Below are positions 55,298-64,000 of a DNA stretch of 64,000 bases, piece by piece. Below the pieces are notes generated by a model that worked only from the letters and a program-made list of their open reading frames with translations, was not told where the DNA came from and searched no databases. The DNA is from an uncultured Enterobacteriaceae bacterium (GTDB lineage Bacteria; Myxococcota_A; UBA796; GCA-2862545). The DNA lies in contig CAZPJM010000002.1 in assembly GCA_964586865.1 (NCBI GenBank), positions 463-64,462 on the forward strand, given 5' to 3'. Position 1 is the stretch's first letter; every line of letters begins with the position of its first letter. The position numbers and the translations under genes were made by a program.

Positions 55298-56680
55298 TCA
55301 GCCGGAGCTCCCCCCCTCCTCGTCCGGGGCGGTGGGCGCGCGGGCAGCCGCATCGGGGGGGCGGAGCCGGGAGGGCGCGTGCCCCTCGATGGAGGGGGTG
55401 TCCAGCCAGCGGCGGAAGGGCGTGGCGAAGTCGGCTTCGGCGTCGAGGAGGGCCAGCACCGAGTAGAGCCCCCACTGGACCCGCTGGATGAGCAGCCAGG
55501 CCGGCGGCATGCGGATCCGACGCAGGTTGGGGTTCTTCCAGAGCAGCACGTCCCACGAGCGCTGGACGTAGTCGTGGGTAAACCGGAAGCGCGGGGCGAG
55601 CATGGGCTCGTAGAGGTAGCGAATGCTCTCGTACTGGGCGTCCCAGTCGATCCGGTCCGGGTCCGGGGCGAACCCGATCCGCCGGAAGGCCTCGGGGAAG
55701 GCGGCGCGGTCACCCGCCAGGACCACCCGCGCCACGCCCTTCCAGCCCTCGACGAAGGCCCGGTCGAAGGTGCGGACGCAGCCCCAGTCCAGCAGCCCCA
55801 CCCGCCCATCCGGGAGGAAGAGCACGTTGCCGGGGTGGGGATCGCCGTTGAAGGCCCCATGGGCGAAGATGCTCCGGAAGGAGATCTCGAAGAGCAGGGC
55901 GGCGGCCCGGGCCCGGAGGGCCTCGGCGGCCCGGTCGCGGAAGGCGTAGAAGCCCTCGCCCTCGAGCCAGTCCATGGTCAGCACGGTCCGGGCGCAGCGC
56001 CCGGGGTGGACCTGGGGGATGACCACCCGGCCCTCGTCGGCCAGCAGGCCGCGGAAGTGCTCCTGGCGGGCCCCCTCGAGGAGGTAGTCGGTCTCCTCCC
56101 GCATCCGGGTGCGGAGCTCCCGGGCCATCTCGCGGCCGCTGGTGGCCATGCCCACGCTGGCCAGCGCCCCCACCCGCCTGAGGTTGCCCAGGTCGGTGTC
56201 CAAGGTGTCGGCGATGCCCGGGTACTGGATCTTCACAGCCACCGGGCGGCCATCGAGCCGCGCGCGGTGCACCTGGCCGATGCTGGCGGCGGCGGCCGGC
56301 TGCTCCTCGAAGGCCTCGAAGAGCGCCTCGGGTGGGCGGCCGAGGCCCTCCTGGATGACGCGGCGGGCGGCCTCGGGCGTCATGGGCTCGGCCTCGCGCT
56401 GGAGCTTGCGCAGCACCCGCTGCCCCCGCTCGGGAAGCGCCCCGTCCAGGTAGCTGGCCATCTGACCCACCTTGAGGACCAGGCCCTTCATCTGGTCCAT
56501 CTCGAGGGCGAGGCGCTCGAAGGCGGCGGCGGTGGCTTCGGCGTCGTCTTCGTGCCCGAGCCCCAGCCGGTCCTTCACGGCCTGACGGGCCGCCTTGCGC
56601 CCCAGGGACGCCGCGATGCGCCCGGTCTTCAGGGTGCGGCGGGCCCAGCCACGGGTGGGCCCCTCGGGATCGTCGGCCAT
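55298..56680 (-). CDS. ABC1/UbiB-family atypical kinase
   Basis: ASIGQVHRARL..GRPVAVKIQYPGI and NGDPHPGNVLF...GLLDWG are typical ABC1 motifs. Confidence 0.85.
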   Translation of the reverse strand: MADDPEGPTRGWARRTLKTGRIAASLGRKAARQAVKDRLGLGHEDDAEATAAAFERLALEMDQMKGLVLKVGQMASYLDGALPERGQRVLRKLQREAEPMTPEAARRVIQEGLGRPPEALFEAFEEQPAAAASIGQVHRARLDGRPVAVKIQYPGIADTLDTDLGNLRRVGALASVGMATSGREMARELRTRMREETDYLLEGARQEHFRGLLADEGRVVIPQVHPGRCARTVLTMDWLEGEGFYAFRDRAAEALRARAAALLFEISFRSIFAHGAFNGDPHPGNVLFLPDGRVGLLDWGCVRTFDRAFVEGWKGVARVVLAGDRAAFPEAFRRIGFAPDPDRIDWDAQYESIRYLYEPMLAPRFRFTHDYVQRSWDVLLWKNPNLRRIRMPPAWLLIQRVQWGLYSVLALLDAEADFATPFRRWLDTPSIEGHAPSRLRPPDAAARAPTAPDEEGGSSG

Positions 56681-56707
56681 GGGGCGTCCTACCGCGTCCT
56701 CGCTCCC

Positions 56708-58231
56708 TCAGCCCGGCTCCTCGCGGAGGCGTTCGCCGACGAAGGCGAGCAGATCGGCCCGACCGAAGGGCTTGGCGAGCACGGGCGCGCCCTCGGGGAG
56801 GGCGGACGGGTCCGGGCGGCCGGTCATGAAGCCCACCCGCAGCCCCCGCCGGAGGCGCCGGAGGGTGGCGGCCACCTCGACCCCGCCGATCCCGGGGAGC
56901 TGGACGTCGACGAGCGCCACATCCACCGGCTCCTCCTCGACCGCCAGCACCGCCCGACCCAGGCCCTCGGCCCGGAGCACCCGGTGCCCGCCCAGGGCCA
57001 GGTGGCGCCCCACCAGATCGCGGAGCCAGGGGTCGTCGTCCACCAGCAGCACCGTGCCCACGGCGGCGAGCCCGCTCGGCCGGGACGACGCGGGCGCGGG
57101 CACGGCCACCGGGCCCGCCACCGGCCAGGACAAGACGAAGCGCGTCCCCTCGCCCGGCGCGCTGTCCACCTCGATGGTGCCATCGGCCAGCTCGACCAGC
57201 TCGCCCACGGTGGCCAGCCCCAGTCCGGTCCCGACCCCCTCGGCCTTGGTGGTGAAGAAGGGGTCGAAGATCCGCGGCAGCACCGCCTCGGGGATCCCGG
57301 TGCCCGTGTCCGAGACCCGAAGCTCCACCCGATCGGCGGCGTGGCGCGCGGCGATGCGGAAGATCCCCCCGTCGGCCATGGCGTCACGGGCGTTGGCCGC
57401 CAGGTTCAGCAGGATCTGGTCCACGTGGACCGGGTCGATGCGCACGGGGAGGGCGCCCTGGGGCAGGTCCATCTCCACCTGGATGGCCCCGCCGAGCAGC
57501 CGGGGCAGGAGCCCACGGAGCCCGTCCAGGGCCTGGGCCAGGTCGAGGGTGCGGGGGCGGGCCTCCCGGACCCGGGCGAAGGAGCCGAGGCGCCGGGTGA
57601 GGGCGGCGCCCCGGTCGACGGTGAGCTGGATGGTGTCGAGGAGGTCGGGCACGCGCTCGGGCGCCAGCTCGCCCAGCTCGGCGGCGCTGCCGATGACCGC
57701 CAGGAGGTTGTTGAAGTCGTGGGCCACCGCGCTGGAGAGGCGGCCCACGGCCTCGAGCTTCTGGGACTGGCGGAGCTTCTCCTCGAGGCGGGCGTGCTCG
57801 GCCCGCATCCGGTCCCGCTCCCGCTCCGCGGCGGCCCGGTGAAGGGCCAGCTCCACCGCCACCCGCAGGCTCGCCTCGTCGTAGGGCTTGACCAGGTAGC
57901 CATGGGGCGCCGTGTCCTTGGCCCGCGCGAGGGTGTCCACGTCGGTGTAGGCGGTGGTGAACACCACCGGGACCTGCAGGTGATCGCGGATCGCGCTGGC
58001 CGCCCGGATGCCGTCGTCCCGGCCCCGGAGCCGGACGTCCATGAGCACCAGCTCGGGCCGATGCTCCAGCGCCAGCTCGAGGGCGTCGGCCTCGCCCCGC
58101 GCCTCGCCCACCACCTGGTAGCCGAGCCGCTCCAGCCGGGCGGCGAGGGCGGCGGCGATGACCACCTCGTCCTCGACGACGAGGACCCGAGCTCCGGCGG
58201 TGGTGGGGAGGTGGGCGGCGGTCGGCGGCAT
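56708..58231 (-). CDS. hybrid sensor histidine kinase REC-HisKA-HATPase_c-REC
   Basis: The N-terminal REC reads LVLMDVRL. The H-box is AVAHDFNNLL and the N/G boxes are LNLAANARDA and DTGTGI...GTGLGLA. The C-terminal REC reads VALVDVQLPG. GAGGA lies 6 nt upstream of the ATG at 58231. Confidence 0.9.
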   Translation of the reverse strand: MPPTAAHLPTTAGARVLVVEDEVVIAAALAARLERLGYQVVGEARGEADALELALEHRPELVLMDVRLRGRDDGIRAASAIRDHLQVPVVFTTAYTDVDTLARAKDTAPHGYLVKPYDEASLRVAVELALHRAAAERERDRMRAEHARLEEKLRQSQKLEAVGRLSSAVAHDFNNLLAVIGSAAELGELAPERVPDLLDTIQLTVDRGAALTRRLGSFARVREARPRTLDLAQALDGLRGLLPRLLGGAIQVEMDLPQGALPVRIDPVHVDQILLNLAANARDAMADGGIFRIAARHAADRVELRVSDTGTGIPEAVLPRIFDPFFTTKAEGVGTGLGLATVGELVELADGTIEVDSAPGEGTRFVLSWPVAGPVAVPAPASSRPSGLAAVGTVLLVDDDPWLRDLVGRHLALGGHRVLRAEGLGRAVLAVEEEPVDVALVDVQLPGIGGVEVAATLRRLRRGLRVGFMTGRPDPSALPEGAPVLAKPFGRADLLAFVGERLREEPG

Positions 58232-60275
58232 GTATCGTCCTCGCAGCGAGTCTAATGCCGCTCGGAGGTCCCCGCTGTCGGCCGACGCACCGCGCCCCGA
58301 TGTCCGCGGTCTCCTCGAGGCCGTGCCCGGCCCCGCCTTGCTCATCGGCCCGTCGGGGAGGATCGTGCTGGCCAACGCCGAGGCCCGTCGCTGCCTGGCG
58401 CGCCCCACGGGGGGGCTCGAGGATCGGACACCCCGGGAGCTGGGCCTGACGCCGCCCGTCCACCTGGACGGCCAGGACCGGGAGTGGCGCGTCACCACCC
58501 GACCCATCCCGGGCGAGAGCGGCTGGCACCTGCTGGTCCTGACCCGGCTCCACGCCGAGGGCGACACCACCGCCCGCCTCGCCACCTTCGAGGCGGTGGC
58601 CACCGAGGGGGTGCTCTTCTACGACCGCACCCACATCCTGGACGCCAACGAGGCCGCCCACCGTCTCCTGCGGGCCCCTCCCGGCAGCCTGGTGGGCCGT
58701 CCGGTGCTCTCCCAGGCCCCCCCGGAGGAGCAGGAGCGCCTCGCCGAGGCGTGGGACCGCGCCGACATCCTCGGGATCCCCCTGCGCACCGTCGCGATCC
58801 GGGACGACGGCACCGAGATCCAGGTCGAGATGGTGCTCCAGGACGTCCCCGGAGGCGGCGACCGGCGGGTCATGACCTTCCGCGACATCACCGCCCAGGC
58901 CGCCACCGAGGAGGCGCTGCGGCTCTCCGAGGAGCGCTTCCGACGCCTCTCGGCGGCCACCTTCGAGGGGATCCTGATCCACGACGGGCGCCATGCGCTG
59001 GACTGGAACCAGCGCATGCTGGAGCTGACGGGCCGGACCCCCGAGGAGCTGGCGTCGATGGACGTGGTGGATCTCGTGATCCCCGAGGACCGGCCGGGCG
59101 TCCGCGCCGAGATCGCCGCCGGTCGGACCCGGCGGTACGAGGTCACCGGCCTGCGCCCCGATGGCACCACCTTCCCCGCCGAGCTCGAGGCCAAGGCCAC
59201 CACCTGGGAGGGACAGCCCGCCCGCATCGTCGCCGTGCGGGACGTGAGCGAGCGCTACCAGGCCCGCGACGCCCTGGCCGAGCGGGAGGCCCTGCTGGAC
59301 GCCGTCACCCGGGCGGCGCCGGTGGGGCTCTTCCGGGCCGACCCCCACGGCCGCATCGACTACGTCAACCCCACCTGGTGCACCCTGACCGGCCTGCACC
59401 CCGACGAGGCCGTCGGCACGGGCTGGCTCCGGGTGGTCCATCCCCGCGACCGGGAGGCCGTGGCCGAGGCCTTCGACGCGGCGGTGGCCCGGCGTCACTT
59501 CCGCGCCGGCGCCTACCGCCTGTTCACCGGCTCCGGGATCCGGTGGGTGTGGGGGCAGGTGGCGCCGGTCTTCGAGGCCGACGGCGGCGTCACGAGCTTC
59601 GTCGGCACCATCATGGACATCACCGACCGGATGCGGGCCACCCGGGAGCTCGAGGCCTCCCTCCGCGAGAAGGAGGTGCTCCTCCAGGAGGTCCACCACC
59701 GGGTGAAGAACAACCTGGAGATCATCAACAGCCTGCTGCTCCTCCAGGCCCTCGAGGTGGACGACCCCGCGGTCCGCGCCGCCTTCGAGGCCGCCCAGGG
59801 ACGGATCAACGCCATGGCCGGCGTCCACCGGCGCATGTACGCCTCGGAGGACCTGGAGCACGTCGACCTGGGTGTGTACGTGCGCGATCTGCTCGCCGGC
59901 CTGCAGGGCGCTCTGGGCCGGCCCCAGGCCACCCTGGTGGTGGACATCGGCGACGAGAAGCTCGCCCTCCCCCAGGCGGTCACGGTGGGGCTCCTCCTGA
60001 ACGAGCTGGTCACCAACGCCCTCCAGCACGCCTTCCCCGACGACCGCCCCGGCACGGTGTGGATCACCCTCGAGCACACCCCCGACGAGGACGGCGGCAC
60101 CACCCGGTGCCTGGTCGTCGAGGACGACGGCGTGGGCGCGGACACCGCGCGGTCCGCACCCGCCAGCCTGGGCTCCCGCCTGGTGGACCGGCTGGCCGAG
60201 CAGCTCGGCGGCCAGGTGCGCCGGACGACGGGATCGCGCGGGGGCCTGCGGGTCGAGGTCCGCTTCCCCGGGTGA
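58230..60275 (+). CDS. multi-PAS sensor histidine kinase of the HisKA_2 (HWE-like) type
   Basis: Several PAS modules are present. The H-box is EVHHRVKNNLEIINSLL and the ATPase N-box is LLLNELVTNALQHAF. The start is uncertain: ATG 58230 overlaps the divergent gene start, and in-frame CTG 58275 has GGAGG 6 nt upstream. Confidence 0.8.
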   Translation: MYRPRSESNAARRSPLSADAPRPDVRGLLEAVPGPALLIGPSGRIVLANAEARRCLARPTGGLEDRTPRELGLTPPVHLDGQDREWRVTTRPIPGESGWHLLVLTRLHAEGDTTARLATFEAVATEGVLFYDRTHILDANEAAHRLLRAPPGSLVGRPVLSQAPPEEQERLAEAWDRADILGIPLRTVAIRDDGTEIQVEMVLQDVPGGGDRRVMTFRDITAQAATEEALRLSEERFRRLSAATFEGILIHDGRHALDWNQRMLELTGRTPEELASMDVVDLVIPEDRPGVRAEIAAGRTRRYEVTGLRPDGTTFPAELEAKATTWEGQPARIVAVRDVSERYQARDALAEREALLDAVTRAAPVGLFRADPHGRIDYVNPTWCTLTGLHPDEAVGTGWLRVVHPRDREAVAEAFDAAVARRHFRAGAYRLFTGSGIRWVWGQVAPVFEADGGVTSFVGTIMDITDRMRATRELEASLREKEVLLQEVHHRVKNNLEIINSLLLLQALEVDDPAVRAAFEAAQGRINAMAGVHRRMYASEDLEHVDLGVYVRDLLAGLQGALGRPQATLVVDIGDEKLALPQAVTVGLLLNELVTNALQHAFPDDRPGTVWITLEHTPDEDGGTTRCLVVEDDGVGADTARSAPASLGSRLVDRLAEQLGGQVRRTTGSRGGLRVEVRFPG

Positions 60276-60279
60276 GGGC

Positions 60280-63996
<3,717 letters not shown>

Positions 63997-64000
63997 CGGG

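Overview
This is a high-GC (roughly 70%) bacterial chromosomal segment. No rRNA, tRNA, CRISPR array, transposase or prophage signature was visible by eye. The gene content (three ECF sigma factors, a Ser/Thr kinase fused to a STAND ATPase, an NtrC-type activator, many lipoproteins with acidic or repeat linkers, a cbb3 oxidase) resembles Myxococcota-like deltaproteobacteria; that is inference only.

I support about 50 protein-coding genes. Frames were chosen from recognisable protein families, Shine-Dalgarno motifs, 4-nt start/stop overlaps and third-position GC bias. Many long ORFs in the six-frame track are antisense shadows typical of high-GC DNA.

Main blocks:
- 1-10.2 kb: mixed housekeeping genes, a lipoprotein metzincin, and two tandem ECF sigma genes with an NrsF-like anti-sigma.
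- 10.3-15.4 kb: a type-I-secretion-like TolC/HlyD/ABC operon whose ABC ATPase motifs are degenerate.
- 15.6-22.2 kb: a tetR-OMF-MFP-RND efflux operon with two palindromic operator candidates.
- 22.3-24.8 kb: a STAND ATPase-TPR regulator with a C-terminal winged helix.
- 27.8-32.7 kb: an NtrC-type activator translationally coupled to an HDAC fusion protein. It lies divergent from a His-rich repeat lipoprotein and two lipoprotein c-type cytochromes, one with a (Asp-Thr)27 linker.
- 32.7-42.6 kb: Fpg/Nei, an amidohydrolase, and a complete ccoNOQP-ccoG-(mini ORF)-ccoI-ccoS cluster.
- 42.9-44.6 kb: a secreted multi-beta-trefoil lectin-like protein with lower GC.
- 45.0-48.7 kb: an ECF sigma overlapping a Ser/Thr-kinase/AAA/TPR giant.
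- 48.7-64 kb: signalling and envelope genes (REC-GGDEF, HtrA, TerB-like, CFA synthase, repeat lipoprotein, UbiB, two histidine kinases) and metH.

All family calls come from reading motifs by eye. No database search was run.
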